From contig DASZCN010000114.1 in assembly GCA_035943095.1 (NCBI GenBank), forward strand, positions 49,170-113,169: 64,000 nucleotides of DNA, given 5' to 3'. Below the pieces are notes generated by a model. That model was given only the letters and a program-made list of their open reading frames with translations. It had not been told where the DNA came from and ran no database searches. Below, in pieces: positions 1 through 8,828 of this stretch (position 1 is its first letter; every line of letters begins with the position of its first letter). Both the position numbers and the translations under genes were made by a program. The DNA is from Gemmatimonadales bacterium. Its GTDB lineage: Bacteria > Gemmatimonadota > Gemmatimonadetes > Gemmatimonadales > GWC2-71-9.

Positions 1-563
1 GTCGCGTTGATCGCGATGTCCAGGTCGAGGGTTCCCCGCGCCGGCGCCGCACGCACGCCGCGCCCGCGCGCCCACTCGGCGAAATCGCCCGCTCTCGCGG
101 CGTCGCGGGACAGCACGTGCACCTCCGCCTTCACCTGGCTCGCGGCGACCGCCGCCGCTCGGGCCGCCCCGCCCGTGCCGATCAACAGCCAGCTCCCGCC
201 GCCGTCGACACCCAGCTGCCGCAGCGCCGCGAGGATTCCGGCCACGTCTGTGTTGTCGCCCACGAGCGCTCCGTGCTCGGTCCAGAACGTATTGCACGCG
301 CCAACGCGGGCGCACAGGTCCGTTTTGCGCGTGACGCATCGTTCCGCCGCCTCCTTGTGGGGCAGCGTCACGTTCCCCGCCCCGCCCACGGCCGCGAGCG
401 TGCCGAGCACGGTGGCAAGGGCGGTCGCCGGAGTTGGCAGCGCCACATAGACCGCGTCGAGCCCGAGGACGCGGATGGCCGCGTTGTGCATCGAGGGGGA
501 CAACGAATGTGTGACCGGATCGCCGATCACGCCGAGCAGCCGGGTGTCAGCGCTGACTTCCAC
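1..563 (-). CDS. aroE: shikimate 5-dehydrogenase (AroE), C-terminal part runs off the window
   Basis: Not in the ORF track because it is open at the window edge. Reverse translation from GTG at 563 reads VEVSADTRLLGVIGDPVTHSLSPSMHNAAIRVLGLDAVYVAL, a canonical AroE N-terminus. The NAD(P) loop LLIGTGGAARAAAVAA is encoded around 145-200. Confidence 0.8.
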   Translation of the reverse strand, partial: MEVSADTRLLGVIGDPVTHSLSPSMHNAAIRVLGLDAVYVALPTPATALATVLGTLAAVGGAGNVTLPHKEAAERCVTRKTDLCARVGACNTFWTEHGALVGDNTDVAGILAALRQLGVDGGGSWLLIGTGGAARAAAVAASQVKAEVHVLSRDAARAGDFAEWARGRGVRAAPARGTLDLDIAINA

Positions 564-1041
564 TCGCGAACTCTTTGACGATGCGCTCCACCGCCGCTTG
601 CAGCAGTCCCTCGAGCTCGGAGCAGGTGTCGCGATACACGTCCAGGTCGCCGCCAAAGGGATCGCTCACCTCCGCCTCGTCCCCCTCGCGCCCGGCGTAC
701 TCGCCGAGCACGAACACGCGTCCCTCGCCGCCGAGCTCGTCGACGCGCGCGCGATGGTGCCGCGCCATCGTGAGAATCAGGTCTGCTTGCTCGACCAGCT
801 CGCGCGTGAGCAGGCGCGCCCGGTGGCCCGACAGGTCGAGCCCCCGCTCGAGGCCGACCAGATAGGCGCCCTCGGAGACGGGAGCGCCGTCCCACGCGCC
901 GGTGCCCGCGGACGACACGGTGAGGCCCTCGGCCGCGCGCTCGCCCAGCGCCCGCTCGAGCAGGGAGGCGGCAAGCGGGCTGCGGCAGATGTTCCCGGTG
1001 CAGACCAACAGAATGCTTTTCGTGTTCACTTCCTCGTTCAC
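547..1041 (-). CDS. low-molecular-weight protein-tyrosine phosphatase
   Basis: 164-aa ORF with the CX5R(S) P-loop LLVCTGNICRSPLAA and a downstream DP motif (EVSDPFGGD). Confidence 0.9.
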   Translation of the reverse strand: MNEEVNTKSILLVCTGNICRSPLAASLLERALGERAAEGLTVSSAGTGAWDGAPVSEGAYLVGLERGLDLSGHRARLLTRELVEQADLILTMARHHRARVDELGGEGRVFVLGEYAGREGDEAEVSDPFGGDLDVYRDTCSELEGLLQAAVERIVKEFASGSQR

Positions 1042-1691
1042 GGCGCCAGTCGTCCCGCGGCGCGGCGCAGCTCCGCGAGTGTCAGCGCCCCTTCCCGGAT
1101 CAGCCGGGGCACTGGTTGCGTGCAGTCGACCACGGTGGAGGGAGGCGAGTTCCCCAGCACACCTCCGTCCAGGACGAGCAGCGCTCCTTTGTCGACCGCC
1201 GCCGCGAAATCCCGAACGATCGCCTCCGCACCGGGCGCCGGCGGGCCCCCCGGCAAGTTAGCCGAAGTGGACGTTACCGGCTCCCCCAGCGCCCGGACCA
1301 GACGCGCCATCGCGCGGTGCGAGGTCCAGCGGACGGCAATGCCACCCTCGGGGCCACGCAGCGTGTCCGGCAGGCGACCGCTCCCTCCCGGGAGGACCAG
1401 GGAAAGTGGCCCGGGCCAGAACGCCCGGGCCAGGGCGCTGGCGGACTCGTTGAACGCGAGCCCCTGCGCCTCCGCCATCGCCCGGTCCGCCACCAGCAGC
1501 AGGAACGGCTTGTCCGGTCGCCGCCCCTTGAGCGCGGCGAGCGCCTGGACGTCGGTTGGCCGCGCCCGCGAGCCGAGGCCATACACGGTTTCCGTCGGGT
1601 ACGCGAGCAGCCCGCCGGCGCCGAGATGCGCGATCACCCGAGGGATCGCCGCGGCGACCTCCTCGTCCGAGCGGAACGGAACGACCGTCAC
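1038..1691 (-). CDS. tsaC: L-threonylcarbamoyladenylate synthase, YrdC/Sua5/TsaC family
   Basis: 217-aa ORF with LAYPTETVYGLG and KGRRPDKPFLLLV motifs of the YrdC domain. It overlaps the next gene by 4 nt. Confidence 0.85.
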   Translation of the reverse strand: MTVVPFRSDEEVAAAIPRVIAHLGAGGLLAYPTETVYGLGSRARPTDVQALAALKGRRPDKPFLLLVADRAMAEAQGLAFNESASALARAFWPGPLSLVLPGGSGRLPDTLRGPEGGIAVRWTSHRAMARLVRALGEPVTSTSANLPGGPPAPGAEAIVRDFAAAVDKGALLVLDGGVLGNSPPSTVVDCTQPVPRLIREGALTLAELRRAAGRLAP

Positions 1692-2392
1692 CGGAGCTCG
1701 CGGGCGAGCGCTTCGGCGATCCGGAAGTCATCGGCCGTGGTCACCTTGAAGTTGTACGGAGAGTCCGCGACGACCTCCACGGGAAGGCCGGCGCGCTCGC
1801 AGAGCTCCGCATCATCGGTCGGCACCGCGTCGCCGTTCGCCAGCGCCGTGTACGCGCGCTCGATCATCCCGCGCGGGAACCCTTGCGGCGTCTGCGCCCG
1901 CCACAAGCGCTCCCGGGCGACGGTTCGAGTGATCCGCTCCTGATCGACGTCCTTGATCGTATCGCCTACCGGGATGGCTGCGACGGCCCCGACCCCGGCG
2001 CGGGCCCGGGCGATCACGGCGTCGATCGTCTCGCGACTCACGAATGGTCGCGCCCCGTCGTGCACGAGCACGATCTCCACGTCGCGGCCGAGCGCTCCCA
2101 GCCCGGCCCGCACCGAGTCGCTGCGTGTGCGACCGCCCGCAATCACCTGCAGACGCTCGCCGGCGAGCTTGGCGAGCCACTCCGGCGGACGCTCGGCGTG
2201 GCCGGCCGGCAGTGTCACCACGACGTGATCCACTTGAGGATGTGAAACGAACGGCCGGAGCGCGCGCAGCAGCATCGGAACGCCGAGGATAGGACGGAAT
2301 TGCTTGGGCTCCCCGGGACCGGCGCGGAGCCCGGCACCGGCCGCCACGATGACGACGGCGACGTCAGGCCGCGAGTCGCCGGGCGAGGTCAC
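1688..2392 (-). CDS. ispD: 2-C-methyl-D-erythritol 4-phosphate cytidylyltransferase
   Basis: 234-aa ORF with the VIVAAGAGLRAG...PKQF loop and IspD-like length. The exact start is uncertain, because the annotated start overlaps the radA end by 29 nt. Confidence 0.85.
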   Translation of the reverse strand: MTSPGDSRPDVAVVIVAAGAGLRAGPGEPKQFRPILGVPMLLRALRPFVSHPQVDHVVVTLPAGHAERPPEWLAKLAGERLQVIAGGRTRSDSVRAGLGALGRDVEIVLVHDGARPFVSRETIDAVIARARAGVGAVAAIPVGDTIKDVDQERITRTVARERLWRAQTPQGFPRGMIERAYTALANGDAVPTDDAELCERAGLPVEVVADSPYNFKVTTADDFRIAEALARELR

Positions 2393-3722
2393 CGATGCCC
2401 TCCACGCCGACCACGTCGAGGCCCGGCAGGTTCACCCGCGAGCGCGCCGACAGGAAGGCGCGGCGGAAACCCTGTCTCGCTGCCTCACCCAGGCGACGCT
2501 CGACTCCCGCGACCGGCCGGACCTCACCGCCGAGCCCGACTTCTCCGAGGAATACCGCATCGGCCGGCAACGGCCGGTCGTGCACGCTCGAGACGAGGGC
2601 CGCCAGCACGGCCAGATCGGTCGACGGTTCGATCAGCCGGATGCCGCCGGTCACGTTCACGAACACGTCGAGCGTGCCGAACGGCATTCCGCCGCGCCGC
2701 TCGAGCACGGCAAGCAGGACCGCCAAGCGCCGGTGGTCCAGGCCGGTGGCCACGCGCTGCGGCGTGCCGAAGCCGCTCTTCGAGGCGAGCGCCTGGATTT
2801 CGACGAGCATCGGGCGCGTACCCTCGAGCAGCGCCGTCACGGCGGAGCCCGAGACGCCCGACGCGCGTCCCGCGAGGAACGCCGCCGCGGGATCGACGAC
2901 TGGAGCGAGCCCCGCCCCGGTCATCTCAAAGACGCCGATTTCGTCAACCGACCCAAATCGGTTCTTCACTGCCCGCAGGACGCGGTGATCGAGCGTGCTC
3001 TCACCCTCGAAGTAGAGGACGGTGTCCACGATGTGCTCGAGCGTCCGGGGTCCGGCGATGCCACCGCCTTTCGTGACGTGGCCGACGAGCAACACCGCCG
3101 GTCCCTTTTCTTTGGCGAGCCGCATGAGCCGCGCCGCGCATTCCCGCACCTGGCCCACGTTGCCCGGAGCGCCCTCGAGATCGTCAGTGTACGTGGTCTG
3201 GATCGAGTCGATGAACACCACACGGGCCGCGAGGGCCTGGGCGTGGTGCACGATCGCCTCGAGGCGCGTCTCGCCCAGCACGTGGACCGGGCTGGCATCG
3301 ACGCTGAGGCGCTCGGCGCGCAACCGTATCTGGTCGGGCGATTCCTCGCCCGAGACGTACAGCGTGGGAATGCCGGCGAGCTCGAGACGGGCGGCGCACT
3401 GCAGTAACAGCGTGGACTTGCCGATGCCGGGCTCACCCCCCACGAGGACGACCGATCCGGGGACGATGCCTCCGCCCAACACGAAGTCGAACTCCGGAAG
3501 ACCGGTCTGCCACCGTTGCACGGCACCGCTTGGAAGGTTGGAAAGTTGGACAGGGGAGGAATCTCCCGGACCGGCTCTCCAACCTTCCGACCTTCCAACC
3601 TTCCGCCCTACCACCTCTTCGATCAAGGAATTCCACGCCCCGCACGCGTCGCACCGTCCGCCCCACTTCGGCTGCTCGGCACCGCATTCGCTGCAGCGAA
3701 ATACCGAGTGTCCCTTAGACAT
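2364..3722 (-). CDS. radA: DNA repair protein RadA/Sms
   Basis: 452 aa. It has the zinc finger FRCSECGAEQPKWGGRCDACGAWN, the Walker A GGEPGIGKSTLLLQ, the KNRFG motif (AVKNRFGS) and a Lon-like C-terminal domain. Confidence 0.95.
   Translation of the reverse strand: MSKGHSVFRCSECGAEQPKWGGRCDACGAWNSLIEEVVGRKVGRSEGWRAGPGDSSPVQLSNLPSGAVQRWQTGLPEFDFVLGGGIVPGSVVLVGGEPGIGKSTLLLQCAARLELAGIPTLYVSGEESPDQIRLRAERLSVDASPVHVLGETRLEAIVHHAQALAARVVFIDSIQTTYTDDLEGAPGNVGQVRECAARLMRLAKEKGPAVLLVGHVTKGGGIAGPRTLEHIVDTVLYFEGESTLDHRVLRAVKNRFGSVDEIGVFEMTGAGLAPVVDPAAAFLAGRASGVSGSAVTALLEGTRPMLVEIQALASKSGFGTPQRVATGLDHRRLAVLLAVLERRGGMPFGTLDVFVNVTGGIRLIEPSTDLAVLAALVSSVHDRPLPADAVFLGEVGLGGEVRPVAGVERRLGEAARQGFRRAFLSARSRVNLPGLDVVGVEGIGDLARRLAA
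3532..3604. repeat. imperfect palindrome of GGAAGGTTGG / CCAACCTTCC units lying inside the radA linker
   Basis: Left arm ggaaggttggaaagttgga (3532-3550). Right arm tccaaccttccgaccttccaaccttcc (3578-3604). There is a central mini-hairpin gggag-gaat-ctccc. It is related in unit sequence to the intergenic elements at 20.3, 42.1 and 56.1 kb. Confidence 0.6.
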
Positions 3723-5133
3723 GGCTCGCTTCTGGAGGGGCCGGGCGTGGTGTGTAGTTGTCGAACCGCGTGTATTCCTTCTTGAAGAAGAGCTTCACTG
3801 ACCCCGTCGGGCCGTTGCGCTGCTTCCCGACGATGAGCTCGGCGACCCCCTCGAGGCTCTCGTTGGTCTTCGGGTCGACCGGCCCATCGTAGAATTCCTG
3901 GCGGTAGATGAAACACACCACGTCCGCATCCTGCTCGATCGCACCCGATTCCCTCAAGTCCGAGAGTTGGGGACGCCGGTGCTCGCCGCCGCGCTGCTCC
4001 GGCGCGCGTGAGAGCTGGGACAGGGCGACCACCGGCACGTCCAGCTCTTTGGCCAGCGCCTTGAGCGATCGCGAGATGAACGAGATCTCCTGCTGCCGGC
4101 TCTCCGAGTCCGTGGGGCCCTGCATCATCTGCAGGTAATCCACGACCACCATCCCCACGTCGTGCTCCGCCTTGAGGCGACGTGCCTTGGAGCGCATCGC
4201 GAGCGGTGTGAGCATGGCGGAGTCGTCGATCCAGATCGGTGCCGTGCCGAGCAGGCCCGCGGCCCGCGCCAGCTTGGGATAATCGTCATCACGCAGCTGG
4301 CCGCGGCGCAGCCGCTGCGCGTCCACCAGCCCCTCCGAGCACAGCAGCCGCTGCACCAGCTGCTCCTTGGACATTTCGAGTGAGAAGACCGCGACACCGA
4401 CGTTGTGCTCGATGGCCGAATGCTGGACCACGTTGAGGGCCAGGGCCGTCTTCCCCATGGATGGTCGGGCGGCGACGATGACGAGGTCCCCCCGCTGGAA
4501 GCCGGCCGTGAGACGGTCCAGGTCGGTGAAGCCCGACGGCACGCCGGTGAGGGCGCCCTGGCTCGAATGGAGCTGCTCGATGCGCTCCATCGTCGGCCAG
4601 ATCAGCTCCTTGAGCCGGACGAACTCCTCGGAGCGGCGCAGCTGGGCGACTTGGAACACGCGATGCTCCGCGTTGTCGAGCACCTCGCTCGACGTGGTCC
4701 GTCCCTCGTACGCATCCTGGATGATGGAGGTGGCCGCCTCGATCAGCCGCCGTAAGACGGACTTGTCGCGGACGATCTTGGCATGATACTCGACGTTCGC
4801 GGCCGTGGGGACGACGTCGATCAGCGAGCCGAGGTATTCCATTCCCCCCGACCGGTCGAGATCGCCGCGGCGGACGAGCTCGTCGCGCAGCGTGACGGGA
4901 TCGATCACGTCGCCCCGCTCGGTGAGGGCCAACATCGAGCGAAACAGCAGCCGATGTCCCTCTCGATAAAACATCGTGTCGTCGAGCACTTCCGCGGCTT
5001 TTAGGGCCGCGTCCTGATCGAGCAGCATGGCGCCGAGGACCGCTTGCTCCGCTTCGTTGCTCCACGGAGTCTGGCGGCCGGCTAACTCGGTTGAACGCTC
5101 AGGCGATGAGACGGCGGGCGATGCGGACGTCAT
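3715..5133 (-). CDS. dnaB: replicative DNA helicase DnaB
   Basis: The track ORF is 3715-5238. It has the N-domain NEAEQAVLGAMLLD and the Walker A ARPSMGKTALALN. I chose the ATG at 5133 (MTSASP...) because the 35 upstream codons are low-complexity and overlap the UDG gene; 5238 remains possible. Confidence 0.9.
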   Translation of the reverse strand: MTSASPAVSSPERSTELAGRQTPWSNEAEQAVLGAMLLDQDAALKAAEVLDDTMFYREGHRLLFRSMLALTERGDVIDPVTLRDELVRRGDLDRSGGMEYLGSLIDVVPTAANVEYHAKIVRDKSVLRRLIEAATSIIQDAYEGRTTSSEVLDNAEHRVFQVAQLRRSEEFVRLKELIWPTMERIEQLHSSQGALTGVPSGFTDLDRLTAGFQRGDLVIVAARPSMGKTALALNVVQHSAIEHNVGVAVFSLEMSKEQLVQRLLCSEGLVDAQRLRRGQLRDDDYPKLARAAGLLGTAPIWIDDSAMLTPLAMRSKARRLKAEHDVGMVVVDYLQMMQGPTDSESRQQEISFISRSLKALAKELDVPVVALSQLSRAPEQRGGEHRRPQLSDLRESGAIEQDADVVCFIYRQEFYDGPVDPKTNESLEGVAELIVGKQRNGPTGSVKLFFKKEYTRFDNYTPRPAPPEASHV

Positions 5134-5818
5134 CCCAGGTCGGTTTTTTCCAGTTCGGGTTCCGGAGCAGGGCGGCCGGATGGTACGTAACGATAACGGG
5201 AATGCCTCGGAAGCGGTGGACCTGGTTCCGGAGCGCACCGAGGGACTGCTTGGTGTTGAGCAACGTCTGTGCGGCGGTCCCGCCCATCGCGAGGATCACG
5301 TGCGGCTTGATGAGCTCGATCTGCCTGAACAGGTATGGCACGCACGCCGCGATCTCGTCGAACTGCGGCAGTCGGTTCTCGGGCGGCCGGCACTTCACCA
5401 CGTTGCAGATGAACACCCGGTCGCGCGGCAGTTCGATCGCGCCGAGGATCTTGGTCAGGAGCTCGCCGGCCGGCCCCACGAACGGACGGCCGGTCTCGTC
5501 TTCCACGCGCCCCGGACCCTCACCCACCACGACGAGCCGCGCGTCCGAGGCGCCTTCGCCCGGCACCGTATGCCGGCGCCCGTCGCATAGCCGGCACTTG
5601 GTGCAGCCGGACACGAGCTGCGCGATCGCCGCGAGCGATGCGGCCTGCGGGACGGGATCGTCGGAGAAGAGATCGCCGCCCGGGGGGTCGTACGACAGAC
5701 CGGGCGGCGGGAGGTCGGCCGCCGGGGGTGATGGGGCAACGGAGAGGATGACCGGCTCTCCACCCAGCACCCGCTGCTGTTCCAGGAATTCGCGCGCCAG
5801 TTCCCGCCCGTCGCTCAC
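5099..5818 (-). CDS. uracil-DNA glycosylase, family 4
   Basis: 239 aa with GEGPGRVEDETGRPFVGPAG, the Cys cluster CTKCRLC, and YHPAALLRNP near the C-terminus. Confidence 0.9.
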   Translation of the reverse strand: MSDGRELAREFLEQQRVLGGEPVILSVAPSPPAADLPPPGLSYDPPGGDLFSDDPVPQAASLAAIAQLVSGCTKCRLCDGRRHTVPGEGASDARLVVVGEGPGRVEDETGRPFVGPAGELLTKILGAIELPRDRVFICNVVKCRPPENRLPQFDEIAACVPYLFRQIELIKPHVILAMGGTAAQTLLNTKQSLGALRNQVHRFRGIPVIVTYHPAALLRNPNWKKPTWDDVRIARRLIA

Positions 5819-7008
5819 GTCAGAGCTTGCTCCACCGCGTCGAGGATCTTGTCGGCCACGTCGCGCTTGGAAAGCAGCGGCAGCTCGGTCGGCTCGCCGC
5901 TCTTCCCGATGATCGTCACGCGATTCGTGGTCACTTCGAACCCCGCGCCGGGCTCGAGCGCGTCGTTCAAGATGACGAAATCGAGAGCCTTATCTTGCAG
6001 CTTCTTCCGTCCCTTTGCAACGCCGTCGCCTCCGGTCTCGAGCGCGAACCCCACCAGCACGCACCCCTTGCGCGGCTCGAGCGATCCGAGGATGTCCGGC
6101 GTGGCCTCGAGCTCGAGCGTGACACCACCGTTCGCGCGCGGGCGCTTCGAGGCGGCGGGCTTCGCCGGTCGATAGTCCGCTGGCGCGGCCGCCATGACGA
6201 GCAGATCCGCGCGTTTCACGAGCGCCTGCGTCGCGCGCTGCATGTCGGCCGTCGTCTCGACGCGATGGGCGGTCACACCGAACGGAAGCGGCAGCTCGCC
6301 GGGCCCGGCGATCAGCATGACGTCGGCACCGCGCGCATAGGCAGCCTCCGCGAGCGCGTAGCCCATGCGACCGGTGGAGGGATTCGTCACGACACGTACC
6401 GGGTCGAGATGCTCGCGCGTGGGACCCGCCGTGATGACGACGGTCTTTCCCACCCACGGTGCCCGCTGCATCAGCAGGCGCTCGGCGGCCGCCATGATCG
6501 CCTCCGGCTCGCTCATGCGGCCGGGCTGGTCGCTCGGTCCCTCCGCCAGCGGACCTGTCTCGGGACCAACGAAGTGCCATCCACGCGTGGCGAGTGTCTT
6601 CACGTTGGCGCGCGTGGCGGGGTGTGCGTACATCGCGTCGTTCATCGCGGGGGCGACGAGCACCGGTCCCGTGCGCGCGAGCAGCAAGGCGGTGAGGAGA
6701 TCGTCGGCGAGCCCCATGGCGGCGCGGGCGACCAGGTTCGCGGTGGCCGGGGCGACGATCACGAGATCCGGGTGCTTGGCGAGGCCGATGTGCGCGAGCG
6801 CCCGATCCCGCTCCCAGAGGGAGGTGAGCACCGGGCGCCCGGTGAGCGCCTCGAAGGTGACGGGCCGGACGAACTCCGCGGCGGCCGCCGTGAGCACGAC
6901 GTCCACCGTCGCCCCGTTCTCGGCCAGCCGCCGGGCGAGCGTGCAGCTCTTGTAGGACGCGATCCCGCCCGACACGCCGAGGACGACGTGTCGGCCGGCG
7001 AACGGCAT
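5815..7008 (-). CDS. coaBC: bifunctional phosphopantothenoylcysteine decarboxylase / phosphopantothenate-cysteine ligase
   Basis: 397 aa with the flavoprotein N-domain GVSGGIASYK and a synthetase C-domain (ITAGPTREHLDPVR). Confidence 0.92.
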   Translation of the reverse strand: MPFAGRHVVLGVSGGIASYKSCTLARRLAENGATVDVVLTAAAAEFVRPVTFEALTGRPVLTSLWERDRALAHIGLAKHPDLVIVAPATANLVARAAMGLADDLLTALLLARTGPVLVAPAMNDAMYAHPATRANVKTLATRGWHFVGPETGPLAEGPSDQPGRMSEPEAIMAAAERLLMQRAPWVGKTVVITAGPTREHLDPVRVVTNPSTGRMGYALAEAAYARGADVMLIAGPGELPLPFGVTAHRVETTADMQRATQALVKRADLLVMAAAPADYRPAKPAASKRPRANGGVTLELEATPDILGSLEPRKGCVLVGFALETGGDGVAKGRKKLQDKALDFVILNDALEPGAGFEVTTNRVTIIGKSGEPTELPLLSKRDVADKILDAVEQALT

Positions 7009-7220
7009 CAGCCTTCCTGGCGCCGCCGCCGGACCAGCTTGTACGTGAGCCGGCCGCGCACCAGCTCGTCGAACGCGCGTGTGGTGAGCTTCTCCTCGAA
7101 GTCCACCGACCGGTCGCGCGGGAATTCGTTCACAAAGCGGGCGAACTTCGCGGCGACCAGCACGCCGAGATACTTGTTCTGGGTCTGGTTCGCCACTTCG
7201 CTCGGGGTCACGATCCGCAT
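7008..7220 (-). CDS. rpoZ: DNA-directed RNA polymerase subunit omega
   Basis: 70 aa from the ATG at 7220, inside track ORF 7008-7691. It carries NKYLGVLVAAKFARF. It lies directly after gmk with a TAATG junction, which is the classical gmk-rpoZ pairing. Confidence 0.85.
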   Translation of the reverse strand: MRIVTPSEVANQTQNKYLGVLVAAKFARFVNEFPRDRSVDFEEKLTTRAFDELVRGRLTYKLVRRRRQEG

Positions 7221-7903
7221 TACCTGCTCCTTCGCGTTGAGTGCCGCAACTGTTCCGCCTCGCGCTCGAGCTCTTGCACGAAGCTCGTCAGGGTATTCGC
7301 CATATCCTCCACCGCAGGCCGCGCTACGTCGGGTCGCTGGACCAGCTCGATGACCTCGTTCACCGCGGTGTCCAGGTCGTCGTTCACCAGCACCCGATCG
7401 TACACCCTTGCCAGCTCCTGCCGGGCCGTGTCGACTTCTCGCGTCGCGATCTCGATCCTCTTCCGGAGCTGCGCTTCCGACTCCGTCCGGCGGTCGCGCA
7501 GCCGCTCGATCAATACCCGAGGCGACGGCGGAATTACGAACACGATGAGCGATGCCGGACTCGGGTACGCCTGGCGCACCTGCCGCGCCCCCTGCACCTC
7601 CACATCGAGCAAGACGTGCTTGCCGCTCTTCAGCACGCGGTCGACTTCGTCCCGCAACGTACCGTACAGCTTGCCGGCGTACTGAGCCCACTCGAGGAAC
7701 TCGCCTGCCTGCCGGCGCCGCAGGAACTCTTCCCGCGTGAGGAAGTGGTACGCTTCCCCGTCCCGCTCTCCGGGTCTCGCCTTGCGCGTCGTCGCCGACA
7801 CGGAGTACCCGAAGACGTCCGGCAGCCGCGTCCTGATCTCGCGCGTGATGGTCGTCTTGCCGCCGCCGGACGGAGCGGCGAGCACGACCACCCGCGGCGT
7901 CAC
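7220..7903 (-). CDS. gmk: guanylate kinase
   Basis: This is the 3' 684 nt of track ORF 7220-8809. The start is GTG at 7903, forming GTGA with the yicC stop. It has the P-loop APSGGGKTT and SATTRKARPGERDGEAYHF. Confidence 0.9.
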   Translation of the reverse strand: MTPRVVVLAAPSGGGKTTITREIRTRLPDVFGYSVSATTRKARPGERDGEAYHFLTREEFLRRRQAGEFLEWAQYAGKLYGTLRDEVDRVLKSGKHVLLDVEVQGARQVRQAYPSPASLIVFVIPPSPRVLIERLRDRRTESEAQLRKRIEIATREVDTARQELARVYDRVLVNDDLDTAVNEVIELVQRPDVARPAVEDMANTLTSFVQELEREAEQLRHSTRRSR

Positions 7904-8781
7904 TCCAGATTCTCGAGCTGCTCCCGAAACTTCTCGAGCTCGCCTTTCATCGCGATCACGGTCAGCGAAATCACCGCGTCGTTGGCCTTCGAGCCGATCG
8001 TGTTCACCTCGCGCAGTAGCTCCTGCCCGAGGAACCCGAGTTGCTTCCCCACGGCCGCGTCCGTGGCCAGCGCCGCCCGGCATGCCGCCAGGTGCGTCCG
8101 GAGCCGCACCAGCTCCTCGGTGATGTCCACGCGGTCGGCCATCAGCGCCACCTCGACTGCGAGCCGCTGCTCGTCCACCTGTGCACCCCCCGCGAGCTCC
8201 GCGACGGCCTTTTTCAGGCGCGCGAGCTCCGCGACCAGGCGTTCCGGTGCGCGTTGCTCGACCGTTTGAGCGGCGGTCTCGAGCGCGGCCAGCCGCCTCT
8301 CGAGGTCGACTGCCAGGACCGCGCCCTCGCGCGACCGCATGGCCAACAGCGCCTGCGTCGCACGGTCCACGATCGGCTCCAGCTCGCTCCACTGCGCCGC
8401 CGCAGCCCCCGTTCCGTCCCGCTGGACGGTGAGCACATCGGCCTGCCGCGCGACGAACGCGAGGTCCACGTCGCCTTTGAGCTTGAGCCGCTGCTTCAGC
8501 TCCTTGGCGGCCGCCAGCACCTGACGCGCCCGCGCCAGATCCACGGTGACGGTCGCCTCTGACTGCGGCCCCTCCAACCAGCGCGCCGAGACCGTGACGT
8601 GGCCTCGCTCGAGCACCTGGCGCAGGCGCTCGCGCAGCGGACCCTCGATCCCGGTGAGCTCGAACGGCAGCTTGAGCTGCGGGTTGTAGTACCGGTGGTT
8701 CACGGTGCGGATCTCGATCGAGAGCCGCCCGCCGAGGACGTCCCCTTCGGCCGAACCGAAACCCGTCATGCTCCGCGGCAC
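7900..8781 (-). CDS. YicC/YloC family stress-induced protein
   Basis: 293 aa. The N-terminus MPRSMTGFG (GTG start) matches the family N-terminus M.RSMTG(F/Y)G. The C-terminal half is helical. Confidence 0.85.
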   Translation of the reverse strand: MPRSMTGFGSAEGDVLGGRLSIEIRTVNHRYYNPQLKLPFELTGIEGPLRERLRQVLERGHVTVSARWLEGPQSEATVTVDLARARQVLAAAKELKQRLKLKGDVDLAFVARQADVLTVQRDGTGAAAAQWSELEPIVDRATQALLAMRSREGAVLAVDLERRLAALETAAQTVEQRAPERLVAELARLKKAVAELAGGAQVDEQRLAVEVALMADRVDITEELVRLRTHLAACRAALATDAAVGKQLGFLGQELLREVNTIGSKANDAVISLTVIAMKGELEKFREQLENLE

Positions 8782-8789
8782 AGAGTTTA

Positions 8790-8818
8790 AACGTAGCCAC
8801 GCGAAGCACTTAGGTCAA
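8790..8818 (-). promoter_or_regulatory. sigma70-like promoter candidate upstream of yicC
   Basis: On the minus strand TTGACC (8818-8813) is followed by a 17-nt spacer and TACGTT (8795-8790). Only 8 nt separate the -10 element from the GTG at 8781. This is one of the few AT-rich patches in the window (gtttaaac). Confidence 0.3.
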
Positions 8819-8828
8819 TTGGCCGGCC

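Noticed and set aside
475-1749. 424-aa plus-strand ORF spanning the PTP and tsaC region
   Set aside because: Its composition is Ala/Arg/Ser/Pro-rich and low-complexity. It is antisense to two genes with clear family motifs. This is a typical high-GC shadow ORF.
5827-7353. 508-aa plus-strand ORF
   Set aside because: It is antisense to coaBC and rpoZ, Arg/Gly/His-rich, and has no recognisable motifs.
7904-8809. 5' two-thirds of the 529-aa ORF 7220-8809
   Set aside because: Only the last 227 codons (from GTG at 7903) are guanylate kinase. The upstream part is Arg/Gly/Ala junk read in another frame of the yicC gene.
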